Notes under the pieces: model-generated | What the model was told of the DNA's origin: nothing | The model's input: the letters and a program-made list of their open reading frames with translations, nothing else | Databases searched by the model: none | In this document: piece by piece, positions 39,839 to 51,964 of the stretch | Layout of the letters: every line of letters starts with the position of its first letter | Numbering within the stretch: position 1 is the stretch's first letter | Source: Octopus bimaculoides | Taxonomy: Eukaryota | Direction: 5' to 3' | DNA length: 59,693 nucleotides | Assembly: GCF_001194135.2 (NCBI RefSeq) | Contig: NC_068981.1 | Location: forward strand, 63,189,905 to 63,249,597 | Program-made: the position numbers and the translations under genes

Positions 39839-40101
39839 ATCATCATCATCATCATCATCATCGTTTAACGTCCGCTTTCCATGCTAGCATGGGTTGGACG
39901 ATTTGACTGAGGACTGGTGAAACCGGATGGCAACACCAGGCTCCAGTCTGATTTGGCAGAGTTTCTACAGCTGGATGCCCTTCCTAACGCCAACCACTCA
40001 GAGAGTGTTGTGGGTGCTTTTACGTGTCACCCATATATATATATATATCATCATCATCATCATCATCGTTTAACGTCCGCTTTCCATGCTAGCATGGGTT
40101 G
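39839..40101 (-). mobile_element. Young RTE 3' end plus an adjacent second, shorter tail copy
   Basis: 39839-40031 differs from 1361-1552 at only a few positions; 40048-40101 repeats (CAT)n-CGTTTAACGTCCGCTTTCCATGCTAGCATGGGTTG. Confidence 0.85.
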
Positions 40102-40835
40102 ATGTATATGTGTGTGTGTGTGTGTGTGTTTATACATGTTTATGTCTGAAGCTGCAAAAGTGACTTAAGCACCTAAAGTTTTGTGCTATTACATGTATCA
40201 AGCTAGAAGCTAGTTTCTTGTTTGATGAGTGTTGTTGCACAAAACACTAGGCCCTCTTGTAACTAATGTAGCTTCACAATTAATAAATAAATAACCTTTC
40301 ATCCTCTGACATTAGTGGCCCTCCTCAAATCCTCCTGCTCCCTCTCATAATTCCTTGTCTTGCGAGTTACTCGATGACCCTGCCAGTGCTGGTGCCACAT
40401 TAAAAGCATGCTGTCCACACTAATGTGGTTGGTATTTGGAAGAGCACTGAGCTGTAAAAATCATGCCTAAACTAACCTTACCTGTGCTAATGCCACATAA
40501 AAAGTACCGAGTTCATTCTGCAAACTGGTTGGTTTTAGGAAGGGCATCCAACAGTAAAAACCCTGCCAAAACAGACACTATAGCATAGGGTAGTTTTTCT
40601 ACCTGGCCAGCTCCTTTGAATCACCCTACCCATGCATGCATGGAAGATGATGTCAAACTATGATAATGATGATGATGGTGATGATGATGATGTACTCTAT
40701 TTCACATACTGAGTTCTAATTCTCCAATTTGTATTGTGAAAACTAGGTATATGTTTGTGCGTGCGTGTGTGCATATATATATATATAAATTGATATTCTT
40801 GTGACGGTATTTTTTTTTTCTGTTTTGTTTTACAG

Positions 40836-40859
40836 GGTTAAGTGTCAAAAGAAGGGAAA
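40836..40859 (+). other. 5' UTR part of the first coding exon of the VAMP7-like gene
   Basis: Strong acceptor TTTTGTTTTACAG at 40835; an in-frame TAA lies upstream of the ATG, so at least one untranslated exon must lie further upstream. Confidence 0.75.
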
Positions 40860-41011
40860 ATGATTCATTACAGTTGCATATGTAGGGGAGAGACGATTCT
40901 GTGCTCGCAGCTCAAAACGACGTCAATGCAAAACTTTGAAAATGTTGTTGCTGACATGCTGCCTAATATTCCAACACACCAAAACAAGTCGACTACATAC
41001 ACATCAGATAG
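40860..41011 (+). CDS. VAMP7: VAMP7-like longin R-SNARE, coding exon 1 (start of longin domain)
   Basis: MIHYSCICRGETILCSQLKTTSMQNFENVVADMLPNIPTHQNKSTTYTSD(S) resembles the VAMP7 N-terminus (ARGTTILA...IP..NNKLTYSH); donor AG|GTAAGT, phase 2. The symbol denotes family membership; orthology is probably to the Vamp7-like/VAMP8 branch. Confidence 0.88.
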
Positions 41012-41019
41012 GTAAGTGG

Positions 41020-41058
<39 letters not shown>

Positions 41059-42260
41059 AGTGAGTGTTGTCTGTGTGTGTGTGTATGTATTTATATGCGC
41101 ATGTATGTGTATGTATTTATATGCACATGTATGTGTGTTAGGAAGGGCATCCAGCCATAGAAACTATGCTAAAACAGATATGGAGCCTGAACAGCCCTTC
41201 AGCTGGTCAGCTCCTACCAAACCATGAAACCCATGCCAGCATGGAAAACAGACATTAAATGATGATATATCTATATATTTCTAGCAATGCAGGTGCTGAC
41301 TTGCATGGTTAGTCACTTTTAGTGATAATTGTATTTGTGCCTTTTGGTTTTAAATTGCATCTAGTCACTTTAATAATTCTATACACATACACACACTCAC
41401 ACATGCACTGTAAAAGTGTGTGAATAGAACTTCCAATCAGTTAATGTCTTGTAATTCCCTCCTAATCGATTTGTTTAATTCTCCTGCTATTTTTCCAGAT
41501 CTCCTCCTGACTGTTTTGTGTAATTACTCAGCCACTAATAGTGTGGTGGTCATTCTGAAGTTATTGAGACAGTTACATACCAACCAGTTATTAAAGCTCT
41601 GTTGACATAAAGTTGTTGTTTAGCTGAAGGTCAAAACTTAACAAGCAGGCCCATAATCAAAGTCATTTCGGTCATGCTAGTCCATCTTTAATTTTTGTGG
41701 TACTGTACTTTACTTATAAATAAAACATTTCAGACCAAAATTTACAGTCAAAAAAGTTAGATTGAATTATATAACAAGATGACTTTGGAAGACACAAACT
41801 TCCATGTGAGATACAACAGGGTTTGGAAAAATAGCCATGATGTTTGAGTGCTTAGACATGGTTCAAAGCTTGCTTCCTGACCACATGGTTCTGAGTTCAG
41901 TCCCACAGCATGACATCTTGAGCAAGTGTCTTCTACTATAGCCCCGGGTTGACCAAAGCCTTGTGAGTGTGGGTGTCTTTGTGTCTGTGTTTGCCCCCCC
42001 CCCCACTACTTGACAACTGGTGTTGGCATGTTTACATCCCTGTAACTTAGTGATTTGGCAAAAGAAAGCAATAGAATAATTACCAAACTTTAAGAAAAAT
42101 AAAATATAAGTACTAGGGTTGATTCATTTGACTAACAATTCTTCAAGGCAATGCCCCAGCATGGTCACAGTCTAATGTGTTGTGATTTGAGGAAAAAGAA
42201 TTGTTTTTAGCATGTTGAACAACAGTAGAGAGACTTTTTTTTTTGGTTTAATTGGCTTAA

Positions 42261-42480
42261 CCCCTTAGCATTTAAACTGGCCATATCCAGCCAAAATATT
42301 CTACCTGTTTTATGTTCAAACTGGCTAGATCCAGTTTCTCACACTTACCCTACAATCACATTCTAAAAATATACTATCTCATCATTGGAATCTCGAAGCT
42401 ACATGGTAATGCATGATTAAATCAAAGTAATGTGAATAAATAAGCATTGCATATGACAGAGTAATCTGAATGCTAAAGGG
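42261..42480. mobile_element. piggyBac-type MITE (220 bp)
   Basis: TIRs CCCCTTAGCATT / AATGCTAAAGGG flanked by TTAA (42257-42260) and TTAG; a shortened copy lies at about 36290-36415. Confidence 0.7.
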
Positions 42481-42788
42481 TTAGTTTGTGAGCTGTGATT
42501 GTAACATTAGTATAATATAATGCATCTTTTGTAGGTTATTGCTCTATTACTTTTATTTAGCCACTGAATATCAAGTGCAGACCACTATTGTGAATACTTA
42601 AAGGATACCCTGTTCTTTTCCAGTTTAGTTTATGTCAATCCATACATTACAAATCTCCATTCTATAACAAACCAGGTTATCATTGTAAATATTTTTGTTA
42701 TTGTTAGAATTTGGTATGACCGAATATTTTAGGAACTGTAAAGATATGTCTATTTATTTACCTTATTTTATTTTCATTTCTTTTCCAG

Positions 42789-42885
42789 TTACTCATTCCA
42801 CTGTAAAGTAGAAAATGGCATTTTGTTTCTGTGTGTTGCAGACCCAAATATGGGAAAGCAAGGACCTCATTCATTCCTTTCAGAA
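42789..42885 (+). CDS. VAMP7: VAMP7-like coding exon 2 (longin domain)
   Basis: TTTTCCAG acceptor and GTAAGA donor; (S)YSFHCKVENGILFLCVADPNMGKQGPHSFLSE resembles YLFHY...IVYLCITD...AF.FL.E. Confidence 0.9.
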
Positions 42886-43671
42886 GTAAGATTTCAATAT
42901 ATAATTCATGTCTGTGTTTACTTATTAGTCTGTTTTATTCCATATCTTAACATTAAGCAAATAAAATAAACACTCACCTTTGTTAGAAAACATCTCAATA
43001 CTTACTTTAAAACAGTTTTGGTGTCTTAATTCCTACATATGTAAAGTAAAAGACCCCCTTCGGTCATGAATGACCATAGAATTACACCAAGAAAGTTCTC
43101 TTCCGAGGCAAGCTTGTTCTATGGAAGACCAGCAATTGCCCATGCATACCAGCCTTCCCTCTTTTACACCAGTAATGTTATCCAAGGGAAAAGCAAAGGT
43201 CAATACAGCTTGGCACCAGTGACATCGCAACTCATTTCTGCAGGTGAATGAACTCGAGTGACGTGAAATAAAGTGTCTTGCTCAAAAACACAACTCACAG
43301 CCTGGTCTGGGAATTGAGCTCACTACCTCTGTACTACTGAGTCATTATGAGATATTAAAATCTATTGATGAAATAATCTAGTTCAGTGGTTCTCAGGCTG
43401 GTCATTAGCAACTTCTTGGGGGCATTGTATACTCATAAAAAACAATAAATATAAAGGGGACACTGTACAGGTGACTGGTGGGAGGATTTAGATTCAACAT
43501 GATTTTTCTTAGAAATATACTGCTCAAACGAGCACGTTTTCAAAAGTATCTGTTAAGGTTGGAATATTGAATAAGATATTGCCTTATCTGTGAGCAAAAA
43601 ACATGACTGATGATGTGCAAAAATTCAGTATAATTTCCTCTATAAGTATTTAACTTAAGGGACATTCAAGC

Positions 43672-43953
43672 GAGGGCGTTGCCTGTGTCGCTGGACTGGC
43701 TCCTGTGCAGGTGGCACATAAAAAACACCACTTGAGCGTGGCTGTTGCCAGTACTGTCTGACTGGCTTTCGTGCCGGTGGCACGTAAAAGCACTCACTAC
43801 ACTCTCGGAGTGGTTGGCGTTAGGAAGGGCATCCAGCTGTAGAAATTCTGCCAGATCAGATTGGAGCCTGGTGCAGCCATCTGGTTCGCCAGTCCTCAGT
43901 CAAATCGTCCAACCCATGCTAGCATAGAAAGCGGACGTTAAACGATGATGATG
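43672..43953 (+). mobile_element. RTE 3' UTR fragment with (GAT)n tail
   Basis: Closely similar to 1-245. Confidence 0.8.
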
Positions 43954-44155
43954 ACAGTAATCCATGCAAAAATGTCCAAAAGGAGGCTCATACTGAAATT
44001 GGGATAATGTAAGAAAGTTTTAATTTTTACATTTAATTTTTTTTGCATTCTATATATTCATTAGAAAGAACTGTGTATCGCCATAGGAAAGTGTCTTCTA
44101 CAATAATCCCAAGCTAACGTCTTGCAAGTAGACTTGACAGAAACTTTGCAGAAGC

Positions 44156-44201
<46 letters not shown>

Positions 44202-44759
44202 TAAGGTTTGAGCATATTAGGTAATTGCCTGGAAGTCTCACACATTAAGAAAGCCTAATGCTGATCTATGCTTTCTGTGATTGTGTATATAGGGACGCCA
44301 GTGCATTACTTAGCTCAATGGCTGGCTTTCTCAGAGTTCTCGTCTTGCAAATTTCACTCACAAGGCTTTGGTTAACCTAGGTTTTGGTGTACAAAGAAAA
44401 TAACATAACATTCCTTAGAATATTAGGAATTAATTCTAGACTGACTCTACAACTCTACCCTTGAAGCTGGTGAAAGCATTCTAGCATTCTGTGTTTTACT
44501 GTTTATTCCCAGATCAGCCTTAATCAAGCAGACTTATGGTCAAAGTCGTTCCAGTTGTGACCATCACATACTTTTGTATATCAGGGACTTAATTGCTCAA
44601 GGTATCTGTCTTTATTGATGACAGTAGGGTGTAATTTGTGGTCGATTTTGTTGCCATTTCTAGCAGGTCAAGCGATCAAATAAAACCTTTGCTGTTGGTT
44701 CTGTATTTAACAGTCTTACAATAAAGCAATTGAGTGTAATATTTTTTTCTTTGTTTTTC

Positions 44760-45480
44760 ATCCGTAAGAGGAGACATAGGTCTTACAACTACTGTAAGTC
44801 TGTTGCAAACTTCAGTTAATAGATCTATTTGGATTACGTTATTCATTATATATCTTCGTTTTTGGATTTGGTTTGCAAGATTCTTTATATGAGTTCGCGT
44901 GTTGAAGTATATTTTCTGGTGTCTGGGGAGAGTTATTCTCTTTTAGTGTCTTATTTAACACGCTCACCGGTAAAGTTTCCATTCATTTACTTATTTATAT
45001 TTCCTAAAATTTTCGTTGCCTCATAACAATCTTTCCAGTAGTCGTTGACTCTGTCCGTTATGCGAGCTGCGTTCTTTTTGTTTGTGCGCATGTGTGGGTC
45101 TGTAGGTCTGTATTATTATTAATATTTTTCTTGACTACTTCCAGATCTCTTTTCAATTGTAAACACCCTCAAATAGCTCGTTTTAATTTTTCCTTTTAGT
45201 TTTCCCCAATCTGTTGTATTATGAAGAGATTATATGAATCTGTTCGACATTCAGCCAAGCTAAACCAACGTTTTGTTGCAAGCCATTAAAAAAAAAAAAA
45301 ACTCGAGTTTATAAAGTTACTTCCCTTGTCTTGAATTGCCTCCCTTGCTCCATTTTAAATTCGCTTCTCGCGATATTAATTGATTGCAGAATTCTATTAA
45401 ACATTGTTTTCTGTACGGGATGAGAATACGTTTCTCATGTGTTATATCATACTAAATATCAGCAAATAACGGCAAGCAGC
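44760..45480. promoter_or_regulatory. CpG-retaining island in intron 2 of the SNARE gene; candidate internal promoter
   Basis: About 23 CpG in 720 bp versus about 2 in 42181-42900 (manual counts); part of it (about 44850-44990) is a dispersed repeat also seen near 10651. Confidence 0.4.
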
Positions 45481-45859
45481 TTCCTTTGTTTAGCTGTAAT
45501 GGTGTCTTGCAGTTTACTTTGGGCAGCTTTTTTCATGATTTCATTACTTGTGATGTATTCACACTGGGTGATCTTCAGGATATTTCTAAAGCACCATTCA
45601 CAATATTGTAAATCCTCTCCGTCCACACATATGTTTTACTTGCATGCAATGCAGTCGAAATGGCAATAGATGCGTATAAAGGAAGTTTAATCCCTTGGTA
45701 AACGAATGAGTTCTGACCATATTAGTCTTAATCACTGGAAAATTGCCATCACTTTGTCAACTGTACTCTTGATATCAATTTCTGCTTTTCCATTTGTATC
45801 AGTATTACTGCACATGTGTAGTGTGTGTGTTAAACACGTACATACATACATACATGCAC

Positions 45860-45896
<37 letters not shown>

Positions 45897-46108
45897 ACAT
45901 TAGGCTTTCTTAATGTGTGAGACTTTCAGGTAATTACCCATATATATGTATGACATTAAAATAAAGATGGAGAATCATACATCTACAATTTTTTATAATT
46001 ATTAAATTCATAATTTATATATATATATATATATATATATATGTTTCTTGAACATCAATATTCTCTATTTGCTTCTTTTAAATAAATCAAATTTATTCTT
46101 TTCAATAG

Positions 46109-46210
46109 ATCAAAGATACATTCCTGAATGGCCGCCTAGCAGGCCGAGCATCAGCCGCCTTCAGTCATGAGTTTGATCGAGATTTTGGACACGTACTTCA
46201 GAGAGAAATG
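46109..46210 (+). CDS. VAMP7: VAMP7-like coding exon 3 (end of longin domain; last codon is ATG)
   Basis: CAATAG acceptor and ATG|GTATTT donor; IKDTFLNGRLAGRASAAFSHEFDRDFGHVLQREM; 102 nt, phase 0-0. Confidence 0.88.
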
Positions 46211-46950
46211 GTATTTTCAATTATCATAAATTGTCTTTTTATTTTTTATTATTTTTGTATGATGACAAAAGAGTGATGGAAGGGCACTACTGCAGTACTG
46301 AAGAAAGGGAAATAATATATTTAATTTGTTCTGTAGTTCATTTTATGCCCTTTTCTCTATGATAGCACTGTTTGGACGAATATATTGTTGAGGCGCTGTC
46401 TTACAGCTGAATGTCCTTCCTCTCCTTGTCGCTAACCCTTTCTTGTGCTTCAAGTAAGGGCTCTCTTATTTCATGTTTTCAAAATTGATTTGAAAACAGA
46501 AGAGTTGATGACAATGCAGCTTGTAGCTCATGATTTTCCTGAAACAAGAACAAGTATGATTGTAGAGAACAACATAGAATAAACATGACAAAACAAACAG
46601 TGTAAGACTTTGCAATACCATATGATAGTAGAGGCAAAGACGGCTTTGGCAGAATTTGAACTCAGAACATGAAGAGCTAGTAGAAATGCCACTAAACATT
46701 TTGCCTGACTTTTGCTGATAATATTGCAAGCTTGTTACCTTTATAATAATAAGAATAATAGTTGCTTCAAATTTAGATACGAAGCCAGCAGTTTTAGGAG
46801 GAGGTGTTAGTTGATGACATTGACTCTAGTACTTGGCTTATTTTATTAACCTCGAAAGGATGAAAAGCAAAGCTGACCTTGGCAGAATTTGAACTCTGAA
46901 CATAGTGATGGATGAAATGCTGCTAATCATTTTGCCAGCTTGTTGCTTTC

Positions 46951-46983
<33 letters not shown>

Positions 46984-47204
46984 TAATTATAATCCTTTCT
47001 ATTATAGGCACAAGGCCTGAAATATGGGGTAGGGGGATAGTCGATTACATCGACCCCAGTACTCAACTGGTACTTCATTTATTGACCCTGAAATGATGAA
47101 AGGTCAAGTCAACTTTGGTGGAATTGGAACTCATAACATAGTGATGGGCGAAATACTGCTATGAATTTCGTCCAGTGTGCTAACAATTCTGCCAGCTCGT
47201 TGCC

Positions 47205-47248
<44 letters not shown>

Positions 47249-47608
47249 AATGATGGTTTCAAATTCTGGCACAAGGCCAGCAATTTGGGGGGAGGAAGTA
47301 AGTCGATTGCATTTTATCAACCTTGAAACGATGAAAAGCAAAGTCAATCTTGGCAGAATTTGAACTCAGGACAAAAAGATGAACAAAATGCTGTTAAGCA
47401 TTTTGCCTGGTGTGCTAACAGTTCTGCCAGCTCACTGCCTTCTATTAATATTATCATCGTTAATAATAATGATAATAATAATGATAATAACAACAACATC
47501 TTACATATACATATAGATATTTAATCACAAGCACATGCACGCATGCCCACACATACACATGCACAAACAGAAATTTATAATTGCATATATGTATATAATA
47601 TTTTAAAG

Positions 47609-47767
47609 GAAACATTTTCAAAACCCGGTGCTGGAAGTGGTCTCTCTCAACTCCAAAGTCAAGTAAATGAAGTGAAAGGTATTCTTACACAGAACATTGA
47701 AAAAGTTCTGGAACGTGGAGACAAACTGGATGACTTGATGGATAAAACATATGAATTAGAAGAGCAG
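47609..47767 (+). CDS. VAMP7: VAMP7-like coding exon 4 (R-SNARE motif)
   Basis: TTTTAAAG acceptor and CAG|GTTAGT donor; ETFSKPGAGSGLSQLQSQVNEVKGILTQNIEKVLERGDKLDDLMDKTYELEEQ contains the zero-layer Arg; 159 nt, phase 0-0. Confidence 0.93.
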
Positions 47768-49048
47768 GTTAGTAATGATATTTATCGTTAGTTTCTCTTA
47801 TTTGTTTCTCACCCTCTCTCTCTCACTTATTGTTTTCTCCTCTTACACCTCCTCTCTTTTTCTTTACCTTTTCCCATTTTCATCCCTGTCTATCTTGTCA
47901 CTGATATATTATTAGTGTTTTCTCTGTAGCTGTTCAGGTTGGGTGCCAACTGTATCAGTCTCACCGACCTGAGTGTGCTTGTAATAGTCATAGCCACTGT
48001 TCCACTCTGTAACAAATTTATTGAAAGAATAGTAACAATTTTGACAGTAGTTACAAATTTAGTAAAAGAATTTTGCCAATAGTATGCTGGTGCTTGGGAC
48101 AAGCTAACATGGAATTTTGATGGAAAGTTTTAGTGTAGATCAATTTAAAACAAGAATTTTGTATCATAAGACCAAGGATGGTCTCAAGCAGGTTTATATC
48201 AAAGGGGTTCTTTTACTCTTTTACTTGTTTCAGTCATTCGACTGCAGCCATGCTGGAGCACCACCTTGAAAGGTTTTAGTTGAACAAAGCAACTCCAGGA
48301 CTTATTTTTTTAAGCCTAGTTCTTATTCTGTCAGTCTCTTTTGCTGAATCACTAAGTTACAGGGATGTAAACACACACTCCAACACCCCGTTGTCAAGTG
48401 ATGATAGGAGCGGGGGACAAACACAGATGCAAAGATATAGATACATTATTGTCATTTACCAAAAAAACCCAAAAAAACCCCCCAAAGGNNNNNNNNNNNN
48501 NNNNNNNNNNNNNNNNNNNNNNNNNNNNNNNNNNNNNNNNNNNNNNNNNNNNNNNNNNNNNNNNNNNNNNNNNNNNNNNNNNNNNNNNNNNNNNNNNNNN
48601 NNNNNNNNNNNNNNNNNNNNNNNNNNNNNNNNNNNNNNNNNNNNNCCCCCCCCCCCACAAAAAAACAACTACATCATCATTATCATCATTGTTTAACACT
48701 TGTTTTCCATGTTAGCATGAATTGAACAGTTTGAAAGGAGCTAGCCAGACTCTAATTGTCTGTTGTTGCATGGTTTCTATGGCTGGATGTCCTTCCTAAT
48801 GCCAATCACTTTACAGAGTGTGCTGGGTACTTTCCATGTGCCACCGGCACTGGCGCATTTATGCAAAACCAACATGAGTGCATTTTGCATGGCACTGGCA
48901 CCTGTAAAGGTGCAAACCTGTATGTATGAATGAATAACATTTTTACTTAGCTTGAAGGGTCTTCTCAAGTACAGTAATTTGCCACAACTCTTGGTCCCTT
49001 GTCATAGAAGTGAAAAACTGTAATATTCTCTTTTACTTTTTTTTTCAG

Positions 49049-49240
49049 TCTATCAAATTCCACAAGACGTCTCGTAGCATAGCAAAGAAATTCTGGTGGA
49101 AGAATACCAAGATGACCTGTCTGATGGTCGGTGGTGTACTTATACTGCTTACCATCATTATTATCATTATTCTCTATTCTACTGGTGTATTTTCAAGTTC
49201 TGATAGTAGTTCTTCAAAGCCCACCACTGCTGCTCCTTAA
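49049..49240 (+). CDS. VAMP7: VAMP7-like terminal coding exon (end of SNARE motif, TM helix, lumenal tail, stop)
   Basis: Long polypyrimidine acceptor; SIKFHKTSRSIAKKFWWKNTKMTCLMVGGVLILLTIIIIIILYSTGVFSSSDSSSSKPTTAAP*; the five exons sum to 702 nt (233 aa plus stop). Confidence 0.93.
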   Translation, partial: SIKFHKTSRSIAKKFWWKNTKMTCLMVGGVLILLTIIIIIILYSTGVFSSSDSSSSKPTTAAP

Positions 49241-50568
49241 GCAGAGACAATTAAGACCATACACAGACAAAGATTCGACAAGTTGCTCTGTATAAATATA
49301 TTTTATATATCTTACACATATATATATATTTCTATGATTCCGAAAAAATTTTTTCCCTCTATCATCAGTCTGCTATAATTCCATTTTTTATCTTTTATGT
49401 GTCATCTCCCTTATAATTCCATATTTTTGTTTTATGTCATCAAGTTTTTATACACCGCCCCACCCATCTATTTTTTTTTGTTGATTTGGATCTTGTTGGT
49501 GAAGATGATTTATCTGATGCTAATGGAAAACAACAATGATGATGATGAGAATTATTATGACTCTGTTGAATATATGTGCATCATTAAAATCAATTAAAAT
49601 TTTAATCAATGTTTTAAAATTCATTGGACATTCCTGGTGGTTACCCTCCCACATATGTAGATACGCCTGACGAAAATATTTGATAATGTTGTTTTGGATT
49701 TAACTCATTTGATTTGATCTACTCTCACCCCCAACCTGCCACCCCACCATATTTTTGCTAAGGGTTCTCTGCAGTCTATGATGGACAACATGTAATCTTG
49801 CATAACCATTACAACAAATTTGATTTGGTAAACCAATTCAACCACTGGCATCATGGACTGATTTTATATGTTGATTTGGTGATTGAGAATACCAGATATT
49901 TTGGTCAATGGAATTATCTAATCATCAAATCATGGTGTATATAACTGAGTATTCCCCCAGACTTTTGTCCCCTTTATGTAATCATCAAACAAAATCATTG
50001 TAATACTATGTGACAAAACTGGCCCTTTGAATAATAGGCATGATAAGCTTTCATAGTTCTTGTCTCCCCTGTTTCATTGATAGGGCATTGGGGTGATGCA
50101 AAGCTGTTGTGGAAGATACTTGGGAATGAGATGGTTTGGCACAGTTGTTTGCTGGCATCGTTGATTTGATGATGACTTATTTGACATCAGGCTTTTCTAT
50201 GTTTCTTGTTTTAATGTTTCTCTTATTCTCTGTCTGTCTGTCTGTTTGTTTATGTGTGTGTGTGTGTGCATATTTCTCTTTATGTTATGAGAAGAAAAAT
50301 GTTTATGTCATTTGTGTTCAATTAATAAATCGTAATGTCTCTCTTTCTCTCTGTGTATGTATGTATTTCTGCATTCTCATGCTTGTGAGTGTGTTTGCTT
50401 CAGGTGCCAAAAAGTACTATTGTCAAAAAGGTTCAATGTCTAATCAGCCAATGTGAAATTGCCAGCACCCAAGCTGCTGTGCCCAATCATCTCGTACCAA
50501 AGTTATCTAAGGGTCAGTGTTGGGATCAAATCTGAGACCTCTTGATCACACAGCTGACATTTTTACAT

Positions 50569-50629
<61 letters not shown>

Positions 50630-51707
50630 AATGTCAGTTGTCTACAGAAACTATTCTTGTATAAAGTTTGCCAACTAACTTTTGTAATAAATTTTATGAA
50701 ATTGAAGATATTGTTTTACTGACTGGATTCACTTGATACTCTCTATATGAGATAAAATTTCTGTCCTGTATGAATGTGTGTGTAATATATGTATGAGTGT
50801 GTATATATGTATCTATGCTTGTATGTGTGTGTGTGTGTGTATGTTTGTGTAAATTAAATCATTGCTGTTTAAAAACTCATGTGATTACCCTATAAGGGAA
50901 CCCTTATGTGATCTGCTATAAATAGCAACCGAATCTATTTCAAATCACACCTATCACCATGAAAGATGCATTAAACAATATAGTGTCAAACGTACAAAAG
51001 CCAGGATGGTGATGGTTCTAACAGCTTTTATCATAGTCTTACTCAATCAAGGGGTAGCCTTGAGCTAAACCTTGAGTATATATGTAATGAATCCAAGGTA
51101 AGTAGGCCTAGCAGACTGACTCAATTATTCCCTGCTCACTGGATGTGTTGATTTCACTTTGTAAGAAATTGAAAAATTTACTAACTTTATTGATCTCACA
51201 GTGTGGAGAAGCTTCTGCTTGTGATAGATAGCAAGATGGTGTGTGTATTTAGTCAAACCTGATTAAGCTGGTAGCTGACAAATATGTGGCCAGTCGATAG
51301 AATAGAAACAATCTATTAACTCTGGCTCCAGATATATCTTTGTCTACAAGAAACTTCAGAAAAGGGACGTTAAATAACTGTTAGTAAAAGAAAGGGGACG
51401 ATAGTTTTAATAAAATTTTGAGAAGCACGGTTTAAGATCTTAAAATAGTGTGTAAAAAAAGAGCAAAAAACAAAACAAATGCAACAAGGGATATAAACAA
51501 TATAAACGTTTTAAAGAGTTATTTCCCTTGAAATCATTAGACTTATTTGTAAAGAATGAATGTAAACATTAACAAAATTTTCAATGTAGTACGCCAACAG
51601 GCAGTCACAGATCTGTTGGTCAGTTTTGCCTAGAGTTCCTTTATTCTTTTCTTGTTTCACTCATAATACTACGACCATGCTACAGCACCGCCTCGGAAGG
51701 TCTAGTC

Positions 51708-51964
51708 AAGTGGTTCCCAACCATTTTTTGCCTATGGGCTTCTTTGATTCCAGTTTTACTCTATTGAACCTCCATAGCCATACGATGTATGTATATAAAA
51801 AAATCCTGCTATATCTTTATTATTAAATATTACTAGGAATTGTCTAAAAAATTCTGAAAATATTTTGTGTATTGTAGAAGTATAACCAATTTATTGTACA
51901 TAAATTTCAACAAAATCTTATATGGACCTCTAAGGGTCATATGTACCCCGGTTGCGAATCACTG
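51708..51964. mobile_element. hAT-type MITE with degenerate 8-bp TSD
   Basis: TIRs (A)AGTGGTTCCCAACC / GGTTGCGAATCACTG; flanks GTCTAGTC / CTTTAGTC (6/8 identical). Confidence 0.65.
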
